DNA of 64,000 bases from Thermodesulfobacteriota bacterium (GTDB taxonomy: Bacteria; Desulfobacterota; WTBG01; CAIYCZ01; CAIRTM01), in NCBI GenBank assembly GCA_028278025.1, contig JANQFE010000045.1, forward strand, positions 658 through 64,657, in the 5' to 3' direction. Of this stretch, positions 26,576 through 36,864 are shown piece after piece. The notes below the pieces were generated by a model that worked only from the letters and a program-made list of their open reading frames with translations, was not told the origin of the DNA and did no database searches. Position 1 is the stretch's first letter. Each line of letters starts with the position of its first letter. Position numbers and translations under genes: made by a program.

Positions 26576-26706
26576 ATCTCCATATAGTTAACAGTCTGTT
26601 GTATAAACACCGTGCCTTTGAAACGTATTCAATCCTGAATAACCGCCGGACAGCCGGAAGCTAATCCCTCTTGGCTATTGGCCATTCGCTGCTCGGCTAT
26701 TAAAGG

Positions 26707-28107
26707 CTATTTGTCTTTGCCGGCCTGTTTCAACTCCTGAAAAATATTCTCAAACACACCTTTAAAAGACTGCAGGTGCTTATCTGCTGAGCCGGCCACG
26801 GTAACAAAAAGTCCGTCCTGTTCCGGCTCTGCTTTAACCCACAGTCTGCGATGACTCATAAAAAACATAAGATAGCAGCCCAGCGTCAACATAAAACATC
26901 CGACCCATACTACCCAGACGCCCGGATCCCTGGTCAACTGCAGCCCCGTATACTCCTTGCCGAAAAAGGCTTCAAAGGTAAACCGGTAGGCACCCTCCTT
27001 GGCGCCATGAAAATCAGGAAAGTTTGCAAATACCCATTTTTCATAGAGTTTGTTGCCATCCAGTAAAAGAGCTATTTGTACTGCCGGATTTCGCAACTGC
27101 TCTGAGCGGCTAATGACCTGATTGTTTTGCCCCAGGGTAAAATCGGGCACAAACCGTTGTATCTTAACCGCATAGCCGTTCTCAAGTTCAGCCTGTTCAC
27201 CTATTTTGATCCTGTATTTAGTAACCTTCTGCGGCTCAGATTGGGGAGCAACCCCCAAAAGGACATCACCCGCTCCTGTAGCCGTACCGTAACTGGATTG
27301 ATAGATATATATACCTTTATATTGCAGGGGATCATTGACCTCGATAACTTTTGTCAGAACCTCCTGGCCCCCCTCAATAACAGTAAGACTGCTTTTATAA
27401 TCCTTAGGCCGCTGTGAACCCTGGTAGTACGTGGCTTCAAAATCATTACATCGAATCGAAAAATCAAGCTTGATGTGTTCCCCGGAACCCCTCAGTACCA
27501 CCTTATCAGAAGCTTCACCCTCAACCAGTTTCATGAAGCCCTGAAAACCTAAGTTTCCAAGAATGCCGCCGACTATAATCAGGATGATGCCGATATGGGT
27601 AATATAAAAGCTCAGCCGGGAATAGCGACCCTTTTCTGCAAACAGGCTGAAAGCGCCTGACTCGCTTTGCTGCACAACAGGGGCGCTCATGTTTTTCTGG
27701 ACACCGCTGATGAAGGCTTTGCTGGTATTGTCGTCACTTTTTTTTATATGGAAGGTCTTTTTCAGCGGAAAAACCTCAATAGCCTTTTCATCCGGCTGCT
27801 TTTCTTTTTGCATCATGAGACGCAGGAACCCGGGTAAGCGCTTACATGTGCAGCAGGCCAGATTAAGGGTAAATAATGACAGTGTTGCCACAAACCACCA
27901 GGCATGATACATGTCATCGAGCTTCAGGGTTTTTATTATAGTGTATATCGTTGGTGAGTAAAATTTGTGATAAAAATGAGGTGCTTCGTTCTGCGGTATA
28001 ATCGTGCCGAAAATAGAAGTGGTAGCAATTATTATAAGGATAACAATAGTCAGTTTAAGTGAGGTAAGAAAGGAAAAGAGCTCTTTAAAAAATGAATTTT
28101 TCAACAA
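26707..28107 (-). CDS. resB: System II cytochrome c biogenesis protein ResB/Ccs1
   Basis: SLKLTI...GTIIPQ, YHAWWF, H.GIILIIVG, IEVNDPL..KG..IYQSSY and TGLQ..RDPG motifs. Confidence 0.92.
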   Translation of the reverse strand: MLKNSFFKELFSFLTSLKLTIVILIIIATTSIFGTIIPQNEAPHFYHKFYSPTIYTIIKTLKLDDMYHAWWFVATLSLFTLNLACCTCKRLPGFLRLMMQKEKQPDEKAIEVFPLKKTFHIKKSDDNTSKAFISGVQKNMSAPVVQQSESGAFSLFAEKGRYSRLSFYITHIGIILIIVGGILGNLGFQGFMKLVEGEASDKVVLRGSGEHIKLDFSIRCNDFEATYYQGSQRPKDYKSSLTVIEGGQEVLTKVIEVNDPLQYKGIYIYQSSYGTATGAGDVLLGVAPQSEPQKVTKYRIKIGEQAELENGYAVKIQRFVPDFTLGQNNQVISRSEQLRNPAVQIALLLDGNKLYEKWVFANFPDFHGAKEGAYRFTFEAFFGKEYTGLQLTRDPGVWVVWVGCFMLTLGCYLMFFMSHRRLWVKAEPEQDGLFVTVAGSADKHLQSFKGVFENIFQELKQAGKDK

Positions 28108-28381
28108 TAAATCCTTTCAAATAGAAATTTATAATTAAATTGAATTTTTATATTTAACACAATTATAATAAATTTTCAATAACATATCCAACCCTAATGG
28201 TGCTGCGAAACCTCTGTACCGCTTTTCGCCTGTGGTTATAGTATTTAGGACTTTTTTTTCGATCTTGTTTGGAACAGTATATGCATTAATAGTTTACCGA
28301 ACGTTTAAAACTGGTTTATGTAAAGAATCAATTCATTTCCTGGAAAAAGCATGTATAACTTACAGCAAGGATAATCTTCTT

Positions 28382-29161
28382 ATGAAAACATACTCTCACT
28401 TCACAATATTTATCATTATTCTTTTTCTTCTTGTGTCTGCATGTGAGCAGGAAGAGCCTGAAGATCCTGATGAACAGACAACAACGACGACAACAATATT
28501 TACTCTTGATTTGTCCTGGGTCACAATTCCGGAAGGCACCTATGAGATGGGTTGTTTAGCCCACGATCACAGTTGCGCAGAGGACGCCCTTCCCGTCCAT
28601 ACCGTCACAATCCCGTTATTTGAAATGACCACAAACGAAATAACCCTGTCGCAATATATCGCTGTTACCGGTGATAATGCCAGCTGGTTCTCCGGCTGTC
28701 CTGAGTGTCCTGTAGAGCGAGTCGGCTGGAGCGATGCTGCTATGTTTTGTGAAGCTGTTGGAGGCCGACTGCCGACCGAAGCCGAGTGGGAGTATGCCGC
28801 CCGGGCCGAAACAGAATCACTGTTTACGTGCGGGGATGATGAAGGCTGTTTGGAAACAGTTGCCTGGTATGATGAAAATTCAGACAACCGTACACATCCA
28901 GTCGGACTGCTGGAACCTAACGCTTTCGGCCTCTATGATATGAGCGGCAATGTCTGGGAGTGGGTTGCAGACTGCCGGAACGATTCCTATATAGGGGCCC
29001 CGACCGACGGCAGCGTATGGGATGCCGGAACATGCTCTCAGCGCGTACTGCGCGGCGGCGCATGGAACAGTACTGTTGATGTACTGCCGGTCTGGTATCG
29101 GGACCACCGCAATTTTGCAGGTTTGAACAACACTATCGGATTTCGATGCGCCAGGGATTAG
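28382..29161 (+). CDS. FGE-sulfatase (SUMF1-like) domain lipoprotein
   Basis: Lipobox LVSAC from ATG 28382; RLPTEAEWEYAAR, PNAFGLYDMSGNVWEW, RGGAW and GFRC motifs. Confidence 0.85.
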   Translation: MKTYSHFTIFIIILFLLVSACEQEEPEDPDEQTTTTTTIFTLDLSWVTIPEGTYEMGCLAHDHSCAEDALPVHTVTIPLFEMTTNEITLSQYIAVTGDNASWFSGCPECPVERVGWSDAAMFCEAVGGRLPTEAEWEYAARAETESLFTCGDDEGCLETVAWYDENSDNRTHPVGLLEPNAFGLYDMSGNVWEWVADCRNDSYIGAPTDGSVWDAGTCSQRVLRGGAWNSTVDVLPVWYRDHRNFAGLNNTIGFRCARD

Positions 29162-29213
29162 GCTGCAGAGAGCATACCGGGGATGGTGTGAGGCATAGTA
29201 TTAAATCCTGCGC

Positions 29214-30188
29214 TTAAAGAAATGAATCAATATAATTAAAAAGTTCTTCCAGGGCCTTTCCGGGAGTTTGAGGTGTTCTGTCCGAAAACATTCCATGAGC
29301 TCCCTGCTCAGCAACAAAAAACCGGTCTATGTTGCCGCCGTAACTCACGACAAAATCCCGGGCATTATCCATAACCTCGCACATGGTAGCATTATCAACA
29401 CCGGTTTCCGTCATATCGTTTTGGCCGCAGTACAGCCAGAAACGGGCATCATCAAAAGCATTATACCGGTCGTTTTGGACAACCTCCTGCAGTGTGTCGG
29501 GAAGCGGTCCCTCCGCAGACCATGCTCCTGAATCTGCAACAAAAGCCGAAAACAGGTGCAACCCTTCAGCGGCCCTGTCATCCACTGCAATGGAAAATGT
29601 CAGGGTTGAACCGCGTGAGAACCCGTAGAGAAACTTTGGGAGTTCGGCAACCGGGCAATGCTCTGCAATCTCGGTTGTTATAGAAACCAGGTTTGCATAA
29701 ACGCTCTGATCATCATCATACGCATCAAGCTGAAAGGGGCGTTCAGGATCCCAGTATTGCAGACTCACAATAGCATAGTCCCGGGGCACGGACATTTGCT
29801 GCGTCATGGTATACCAGTCTTCAAAAACATCTTCGGCGCAGCCGGCGGGCCCATGCAACGTGAACACTACGGACATGCCGTCAAACTGATCCCGGGAGGC
29901 CGGAAACCGGACAAGGTAATACATATTATCACCAGCGGGGAAAATGCCGCCACCGGCTTCTATAATCTCATTGCGCCCCTTTTCGGATTCATCCGGGCAT
30001 CTTGAGGAGGGTACTGTCGCGGGATATGCTGCACTGTGCGCAATCCACTCCTGGCAGGTCTCCCACGTAGGAAGCTGGGCGGTATTGTTGTCATTATCAT
30101 CATCATTGTCGCCACCTTCATCACAGCCGCCTATCAAAAGTATTCCTATAAGTATTCCAAAAATCCAATACTGTTTTAAGCTTTGCAT
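29214..30188 (-). CDS. Alpha/beta-hydrolase-fold lipoprotein
   Basis: Lipobox LIGGC, TLHG, GFSRG nucleophile motif, GQND and GAHG. Confidence 0.7.
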   Translation of the reverse strand: MQSLKQYWIFGILIGILLIGGCDEGGDNDDDNDNNTAQLPTWETCQEWIAHSAAYPATVPSSRCPDESEKGRNEIIEAGGGIFPAGDNMYYLVRFPASRDQFDGMSVVFTLHGPAGCAEDVFEDWYTMTQQMSVPRDYAIVSLQYWDPERPFQLDAYDDDQSVYANLVSITTEIAEHCPVAELPKFLYGFSRGSTLTFSIAVDDRAAEGLHLFSAFVADSGAWSAEGPLPDTLQEVVQNDRYNAFDDARFWLYCGQNDMTETGVDNATMCEVMDNARDFVVSYGGNIDRFFVAEQGAHGMFSDRTPQTPGKALEELFNYIDSFL

Positions 30189-30366
30189 GTCCGCCTTTCC
30201 GTTACGTGATTATAACATATCATGTTTATACCATACGCCTGAACCGACTCAACTGCAATTGCGTTCCATGTTTCACCGTATACCATTACAGCTGCCGACC
30301 TGTTTTATAAAAAATCTTTTCCAGATGTCGTTATGTTATCAGTTAACACTAATACCCGACTAACTT

Positions 30367-30382
30367 AACATATATCATGCCA
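30367..30382 (-). promoter_or_regulatory. Possible sigma54 promoter for the hydrolase gene
   Basis: Minus strand TGGCATGATATATGTT (good -24, atypical -12); TTAAC repeats 100-140 nt upstream. Confidence 0.35.
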
Positions 30383-30534
30383 AAAGACCTCAAGTGTATG
30401 GTTATTTTTTTAAATTATTGTAATTACACATTTTTTTTACTACAGGGTTGCACTCATCACAATTAAAAGTTATAATAGGGGCATTAACAAATTAGCTTTT
30501 TTAGTTAACAGACTTAACAGTTTAGGATGCACCC

Positions 30535-31899
30535 ATGCAGGAAAAATTTTTACATGAGAAAAATTATGACTTTATTTTGGATAACATGGTCGATGGCCTT
30601 TTCACCGTAGATGAAAATTGTATTATTACCTACTGGAACAAGGCCGCTGAAAAAATCCTGGGATATAAACAGCAGGAAGTCGTAGGGAAAAAATGTGATT
30701 TTCTCAACAGCCCTACCTGTATGGGCGCAAAAGTTGCAAATGATTATAACCGGTGTACACTTTTTTCTAAAGGTAAAATTGTGCGCAAGCGTTGTATTGT
30801 CACTGCTAAAGACGGCTCCACTAAATATGTGCTTAAAAATGCCCAAATCCTCAGAGATAAGCAGGGTAATGTTCATGGAGGAATTGAAAACATCGTTGAT
30901 ATCACCGAACAGGTTGAGAAAGAACAGCAGCTCTGTCTGTTACAGCAGGAGTTGAAAGGCCGAAGCTCCTACTGTAAAATCATAGGGAACCATTTCTCCA
31001 TGCAAAATATCTATTCCCTAATTGAGCTTGCCAAGGATAGTAATTCTTCGGTTCTTATTTTTGGTGAAAGCGGTACCGGCAAAGAACTTGTTGCTCATGC
31101 CATTCATACATCAAGCTACCGAGAAAAAGGTCCTTTTATAAAGGTTAATTGTGCTGCACTTGCCGACACACTTCTTGAAAGTGAACTTTTTGGTCATGTC
31201 AAGGGCGCCTACACTGATGCCATTCGTGATCGCAAAGGCCGCTTTGAAGAGGCCGATGGCGGAACAATTTTTCTGGATGAGGTCGGTGATATCCCCCTTT
31301 CTGTTCAGATTAAGCTGCTCAGGGTGCTGCAGGAAAAAGAGGTGGAACGGGTAGGTGATAACAAAACAATAAAAGTGGACACCCGCATAATTGCGGCGTC
31401 CAATAAGGATCTGCGCAAACTTATAGCAGAGGGCCAGTTCAGGGAAGACTTTTTTTACCGCCTCAATGTAATCCCCATTAATGTACCGCCTTTGCACGAG
31501 CGCAAAACCGATATCCCCTTGCTCGTTGATCATTTTATTAAGAAATTTTGTCAAGAAACCGGAAAATATATCGTAAGCTGCGACCAGGACGTGATTGACA
31601 TATTAATGAAATATGATTGGCCCGGTAATGTGCGCGAGCTTGAAAACGCAGTCGAATATGCGTTTGTTACCTGCCGCACAGATACAATCCAGCCTCACAA
31701 TATTCCTGAACAGATATCAAACAGTGTGCTGTCCGGCAGCGAGATCATAGAAAACCAAAAAGAGACTCTGGGTGAAAAATCACGCATATTGCGGGCGCTT
31801 GACTCTGCCCGCGGTAACAAAACCAGGGCTGCCCAGCTGCTCGGCTACAGCCGCGTAACACTCTGGAAAAAATTAAAAAAACACAATATCGAAGCCTAG
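30535..31899 (+). CDS. PAS-domain sigma54-dependent transcriptional activator (bEBP)
   Basis: PAS domain, GESGTGKE, ESELFGHVKGAYTDA (GAFTGA variant), LDEVG, WPGNVRELEN and Fis-type HTH. Confidence 0.93.
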   Translation: MQEKFLHEKNYDFILDNMVDGLFTVDENCIITYWNKAAEKILGYKQQEVVGKKCDFLNSPTCMGAKVANDYNRCTLFSKGKIVRKRCIVTAKDGSTKYVLKNAQILRDKQGNVHGGIENIVDITEQVEKEQQLCLLQQELKGRSSYCKIIGNHFSMQNIYSLIELAKDSNSSVLIFGESGTGKELVAHAIHTSSYREKGPFIKVNCAALADTLLESELFGHVKGAYTDAIRDRKGRFEEADGGTIFLDEVGDIPLSVQIKLLRVLQEKEVERVGDNKTIKVDTRIIAASNKDLRKLIAEGQFREDFFYRLNVIPINVPPLHERKTDIPLLVDHFIKKFCQETGKYIVSCDQDVIDILMKYDWPGNVRELENAVEYAFVTCRTDTIQPHNIPEQISNSVLSGSEIIENQKETLGEKSRILRALDSARGNKTRAAQLLGYSRVTLWKKLKKHNIEA

Positions 31900-32012
31900 C
31901 ACCTGTGTTATATCTGACCCCCTGTGCCGGATCAATCCGGCACCCACATCATCTATAATTCTTTACCTTCACGGGACATCCATAACTATTTTTATTTTAC
32001 TATAGACAGCTT

Positions 32013-32028
32013 TGGCACAATTCTTGTC
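32013..32028 (+). promoter_or_regulatory. Sigma54 -24/-12 promoter of cytochrome module 1
   Basis: TGGCACAATTCTTGTC, one mismatch from TGGCAC-N5-TTGC, directly after the bEBP gene. Confidence 0.65.
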
Positions 32029-32048
32029 TATACCAATAAGTATAACCT

Positions 32049-33197
32049 ATGTCACGAAGTGCGAAACATGAGACGTGTATTATGTTGATGCTTGCTGAAT
32101 CAATAAAAAATAGTTTTCTTATAGTCGTTCTTGCCTGTTTCACAATAGCACTGCCGGGCACTCCTGCCGGTAGCCTGTACGCCCATGAGCTCCAAAATAT
32201 AACTGTTCTAAATGCCGAGGGCTCGGAACAGACCGCGTTCACCCCTGGTGATACCATACAGTATCAGGCCATTTTCAGCTTTGAGGGGTTCAGAGGCAAA
32301 GCAGAGCTGCAGGGCACCATAACGGCAGAAAACTGGTCGGACACCCTGGCGAAAAAGGTATTTTATCCATGGCAGGATAACAACACAGCAAACTGGGTAG
32401 AAACCATACCGTCACATGCCGCCGGGCCGGCTTCTGTTGAAATTTCAGTAAGCGCTCCACTGCAGCAGGTGTCTGCACAATCAGCCTCTTTTACTGTCAT
32501 GCCGCTGGAAGCCGAGTATAGCGGCTCCCTAATCTGCAGTTCGTGTCATCAGGATTTGTATACCGGCTGGCAGGCTTCCGGCCACGCACCCCATGTCGGC
32601 TGTGAAATCTGTCATGGCCCCGGCGGTGATCATATAAAAGATTTATCCAAAGATTCTATTATTGTTGATATAAAATCTGAATTATACAGCCGCTGTCATT
32701 CCCGCAATGATGGAACCGACCTTGAAGCTCAAAACGGGTTTATCAAACCCTTGCAGCAATTTTACGAGGCAGAGAACTCTCCGCACCCACCGGCTGCTGA
32801 TTGCCTTACCTGCCACAACCCCCATTTCAGCCCATCGCAGGACAAGGGGCTGGCTATAAAAATTTCTTGCCGGGAGTGCCATGCCGACAAAACAGTCGGC
32901 CTTAACATGCAGCATCTTGATTGTGAGGACTGCCATATGCCTTTGGCCGTGCTCAAGGGAACATTCACCGGTCATGACATATATCGCAAGGCTGATGGCC
33001 GGTCACATATTTATCGGATTAAGGCAAAAGCAGGGCCTTATGATATGTTTTCCGCTGACGGCACTATGGTCATTGAAGATTCACACGGCCTCTTTCTATC
33101 CCTGAACTTTGCCTGCCTGACCTGCCACAATGGAACAGAGGAGTTCATGATGGATATGGAAGCAGCCCGTCAAACGCATACATTGGTTCATGAATAA
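32049..33197 (+). CDS. Multiheme cytochrome c with N-terminal beta-sandwich-like domain (6 CxxCH + 1 degenerate YSRCH)
   Basis: Signal peptide; CSSCH, CEICH, CLTCH, CRECH, CEDCH, CLTCH; paralog of 61643..62770. Confidence 0.85.
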   Translation: MSRSAKHETCIMLMLAESIKNSFLIVVLACFTIALPGTPAGSLYAHELQNITVLNAEGSEQTAFTPGDTIQYQAIFSFEGFRGKAELQGTITAENWSDTLAKKVFYPWQDNNTANWVETIPSHAAGPASVEISVSAPLQQVSAQSASFTVMPLEAEYSGSLICSSCHQDLYTGWQASGHAPHVGCEICHGPGGDHIKDLSKDSIIVDIKSELYSRCHSRNDGTDLEAQNGFIKPLQQFYEAENSPHPPAADCLTCHNPHFSPSQDKGLAIKISCRECHADKTVGLNMQHLDCEDCHMPLAVLKGTFTGHDIYRKADGRSHIYRIKAKAGPYDMFSADGTMVIEDSHGLFLSLNFACLTCHNGTEEFMMDMEAARQTHTLVHE

Positions 33198-33213
33198 AGG
33201 GAGTTACTAAACG

Positions 33214-34050
33214 GTGCAGGGCTTGATGCGTATATTAGCGGGGAAGTCACAGGTAGGACTGCTTATTGTTCTAAGCGCAGGTCTTCTGGGGGCGGCAGCC
33301 GGCTGCCGAATTCCTCCGGCCAGAGTCAATCCCGGCCAACTAAACGGCAGTATTGACTTACCCGGCAAAATTATTCACGCAACAGATAATGCAACCATGG
33401 TCCTGATACCCGGTGGAACGACTACAGTCGGTTCAGATCATGGTGATCCTGATGAGCAGCCTGCGCACGCAGTGTATCTCGAACCATTTTATATAGATAT
33501 CCATGAGACTACCAATAAACAGTACCGGGTGTTTTTAGAAGAAACCTCACACGCAAGGCCTAAGTTCTGGAGTCCCGACCTCGATCGGCCTGATGAGCCT
33601 GTTATCGGTATCAGTTGGTATGACGCGGTTGCATACGCACAGTGGGCCGGCAAGCGGCTGCCGACCGAAGCAGAATGGGAACACGCAGCCCGCGGGGGGA
33701 ACGGTGATGCTGTTTACCTCTGGGGCAAGGCAGACGCCCGCCGGTATGTTAACTATGACTCTTTTGGTTTGTTGTCTGTTATGCAGCTGCAGCCGAACGG
33801 GTATGGTGTGTATGATATGATCGGTAATGTCTGGGAATGGTGCGCCGACTGGTATGAAAATGAATACTACAGCATGAGTCCAAAAAAGAATCCCCAGGGA
33901 CCGTTCACAGGCACCCATAAGGTTCTGCGGGGCGGCGCCTGGTATTGTGATAAAAAACACCTTCGTACTGCTAATCGCTATTACGCTCTTCCTGATGCTC
34001 AAAGTTTCCATTACGGGTTCAGGTGCGTAAAAAGTGCACAAGCAGAATAA
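33214..34050 (+). CDS. FGE-sulfatase domain lipoprotein (module 1)
   Basis: Lipobox AAGC; RLPTEAEWE, GNVWEW and GFRC motifs; paralog of 56695..57504. Confidence 0.85.
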   Translation: MQGLMRILAGKSQVGLLIVLSAGLLGAAAGCRIPPARVNPGQLNGSIDLPGKIIHATDNATMVLIPGGTTTVGSDHGDPDEQPAHAVYLEPFYIDIHETTNKQYRVFLEETSHARPKFWSPDLDRPDEPVIGISWYDAVAYAQWAGKRLPTEAEWEHAARGGNGDAVYLWGKADARRYVNYDSFGLLSVMQLQPNGYGVYDMIGNVWEWCADWYENEYYSMSPKKNPQGPFTGTHKVLRGGAWYCDKKHLRTANRYYALPDAQSFHYGFRCVKSAQAE

Positions 34051-34089
34051 GTAAAATAAAAACCATGTAGAAAGAACAAAGGTCACCCT

Positions 34090-35196
34090 ATGCAGGTTGC
34101 AACACAAAAACAGCGTATGCATGCCAACCGATACAAAAAGAGTTTTCTGTTCATAGTAGCTCTGATGATTGCCGTGCTCTGTGTGTTTTCACACGTTCAG
34201 GCGGTTGATGAAGAAAATTGTCTGTTTTGCCATCAATACCGGGGGCTGAGCTATATTCATAAAAACGGCAGTTTCAGACTGCTCTACGTAACAGAAGACC
34301 TGTACCTGAACAGCCCGCACGGCAATTTGAAATGCAGCGACTGCCATACCGAAATAGACAAATTTCCTCATGGAGAGACAAAAAAGGTTGACTGTCTCAC
34401 CATATGTCATATCGATGAACCTTCATCAGGTCTGCCGTTCTCACACCAAAAGGTAGGAGATTTTTTAGCCCAAAGTGTACACAGCAAGACCGACCCGTCC
34501 GGCAATCTCAAACCCTATGCTGAAGATTATCCTGACTGTGTTACCTGCCATATGGATCCGCTGTATCGTCCGCTGGCATTCTTAAAAAAAGACATGCCCG
34601 GTCTTGAAGAAAAAACAATTCAGCGCTGCTCAATTTGTCATGAAGAAAGCGCCTTCATGCGCAAATTCTTCAACCACTTCACCTCCCGGATGCAGAAGTT
34701 GCGCAAACCGCGCGAAGTTGTGGAAATGTGTTCGAGCTGTCATGACAACATTGCAATGATGCAGCGACACAACCGCCCTAATGTCGTTAAGTCCTATATG
34801 GAAACATTTCACGGCAAGGCGGTCTATTTTGGTGATGAAAAATCAGCCGACTGCACGGACTGTCACGTCATGCCGGGTGAATCAATCCACGCGATCCACT
34901 CTATGGACGATCCTGCATCTGCATCCTATAAGGATAACATATACAAAACATGCTCCGACATTGACTGCCACCCTGATGCGCAGATGAATCTTGCCGGATA
35001 CAAAGCCCATGTTGTGGTTTCATCAAAACGCAATCCTGCCGAATTTGCATTCTGTGTTTTCTTTGTGGTTTTGACTCTGGGAAGCTTTATCCCTCTGATG
35101 ATTTTTACTGTTCTAGATATGGCCCGCAGCGTGTTTCCCAATTTTACATTGATTAAGAAAAAGGTAAAAAAAGAAAAAGGTAAAAAGGCACAATGA
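34090..35196 (+). CDS. Membrane-anchored multiheme cytochrome c (Cbc-like c subunit)
   Basis: 6 CxxCH plus CX3CH and CX4CH, C-terminal TM segment, overlaps the cytochrome b gene. Confidence 0.85.
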   Translation: MQVATQKQRMHANRYKKSFLFIVALMIAVLCVFSHVQAVDEENCLFCHQYRGLSYIHKNGSFRLLYVTEDLYLNSPHGNLKCSDCHTEIDKFPHGETKKVDCLTICHIDEPSSGLPFSHQKVGDFLAQSVHSKTDPSGNLKPYAEDYPDCVTCHMDPLYRPLAFLKKDMPGLEEKTIQRCSICHEESAFMRKFFNHFTSRMQKLRKPREVVEMCSSCHDNIAMMQRHNRPNVVKSYMETFHGKAVYFGDEKSADCTDCHVMPGESIHAIHSMDDPASASYKDNIYKTCSDIDCHPDAQMNLAGYKAHVVVSSKRNPAEFAFCVFFVVLTLGSFIPLMIFTVLDMARSVFPNFTLIKKKVKKEKGKKAQ

Positions 35197-36854
35197 AAAA
35201 AATCCGGATTGTTGTCAAGGATGGAGAGCTTTACTTTCAGCGGCTTACATTAAATCAGCGTATCCAGCATATTTTCCTGTTCGTTTCGTTTACCCTGCTG
35301 GCAGCTACCGGACTGCCGCTTAAGTTTCATCATACCTGGTGGGGCGAGGGGCTGTATACTCTTGTCGGCGGCATAACTATTGCACCGATTATACACCGCA
35401 TAAGCGCTGTTGTTATGACTCTGACCTTTTTGTATCATCTCTGTTATGTGATTGTATGTGCTTGGAAATATTACATACTACCCTTGAAAAAAGACCGGGA
35501 CCTGGATTTGAAAACCGTTCTGCAGGCCGTGCTCCAACTCCCTATGGTGCCTAACGCAACCGATCTAAAGGAGCTTAAAACAACTCTCAAGTATTTTCTG
35601 TTTCTTTCCAGCCAGCGTCCGTCACTTGTTGCACACGGCTTAAAAGAAAAATTCGGTTACCTGGCGGTCTTCTGGGGTATTCCGGTAATCGGGATCTCAG
35701 GGTACCTGCTGTGGGGTGAAACGTTCTTTACCGGCTATTTCAGCGGAAATGTTCTAAATTTTGCCTACATTGCTCACAGCGATGAAGCCCTGCTTGCAAG
35801 CATCGTTATTTTTATCTGGCATTTATATAACGTGCACTGGGCTCCGGCGGTCTTTCCCATGGGTAAAGCTTGGCTGGACGGGTTCATGAGTGAAAAAGAA
35901 ATGTCACTGTATCATTATGCGGACTACGTAAGGGCCATGGAAGATGCCGGGCTGCAGGACCAGATCAAAAGCAACTGCTTGCAGGAACAGTTTAAGGGCG
36001 GTTTCCTTAAACAGGTTTTCCAAAAAATATATATGGGCGTTATGATTGTGGCAATATGTTATGCCACAGTGGTAATTTGCCGTGTTATATACGAATCGGT
36101 GTTTGTTCTGGGATATCAAATTGTAACAACAGAACCGACTGCCGAGGTCAAACCGCTCGTTGAACCGCAATTTCTTGAGGAAATCATGCTGGAAGACGAT
36201 GAGCAAAAAACTTTTTACCGCGGGTACCGCTTTGTAAAAGAAAAAGAAATCAAAAATCATTATCACCGGATTGAGCTGGAGGTCGGCCCTGATACGATCT
36301 CCCACTGCATAACCTGTCATGGAGACCTGCCTCACGGCAATTCAGTCCACATCAGATCGTTTCTGAATATGCATAATCTATACTTTGCATGTCAAACATG
36401 TCATGTACGTCCCGGAGAGAGTGCTGAACGTTTATACTATTACTGGTACAAGCGTACAACCGGTGAGATTATTTCTAATCCGGACATCGGTAACCGGATG
36501 ATTGATACTCTTGATATTAAACTGACGCCCTGTGAGACATGCACAGCACCTCCTGAAAATTCTGATATCAAAAAAGAAAGAGCTGCGGTCAAAGACCTCA
36601 TGGACAGGATTCAGGCGGCAACAACAAGTGTGCAGGAGAAAAAGCAGATTGTCGCAACACTCCACCAGAATGTTGCAGAGCGCCCCCTTGCGTGCAGCGA
36701 ATGTCACAGCCGCAAAGAGCAGTTTTTACCCCTTCAGGAAATGGGTTTTTCTGAAGATCGGATTGCCCTGGTTGCGAGTGACCAGATAACGAAAATGATA
36801 CAGGAGTATAAGGAGTTCCATACTCCGGAGTTCCTCGAACCCGGTACACAATAA
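35193..36854 (+). CDS. Cytochrome b (FdnI/hydrogenase-b type) fused to a triheme c domain
   Basis: RIQH, IHR, EKFGYLAVFWG, AHSDEA..A...WHLY; C-terminal CITCH, CQTCH, CSECH. Confidence 0.85.
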   Translation: MKKIRIVVKDGELYFQRLTLNQRIQHIFLFVSFTLLAATGLPLKFHHTWWGEGLYTLVGGITIAPIIHRISAVVMTLTFLYHLCYVIVCAWKYYILPLKKDRDLDLKTVLQAVLQLPMVPNATDLKELKTTLKYFLFLSSQRPSLVAHGLKEKFGYLAVFWGIPVIGISGYLLWGETFFTGYFSGNVLNFAYIAHSDEALLASIVIFIWHLYNVHWAPAVFPMGKAWLDGFMSEKEMSLYHYADYVRAMEDAGLQDQIKSNCLQEQFKGGFLKQVFQKIYMGVMIVAICYATVVICRVIYESVFVLGYQIVTTEPTAEVKPLVEPQFLEEIMLEDDEQKTFYRGYRFVKEKEIKNHYHRIELEVGPDTISHCITCHGDLPHGNSVHIRSFLNMHNLYFACQTCHVRPGESAERLYYYWYKRTTGEIISNPDIGNRMIDTLDIKLTPCETCTAPPENSDIKKERAAVKDLMDRIQAATTSVQEKKQIVATLHQNVAERPLACSECHSRKEQFLPLQEMGFSEDRIALVASDQITKMIQEYKEFHTPEFLEPGTQ

Positions 36855-36864
36855 AAAGTAGTCC

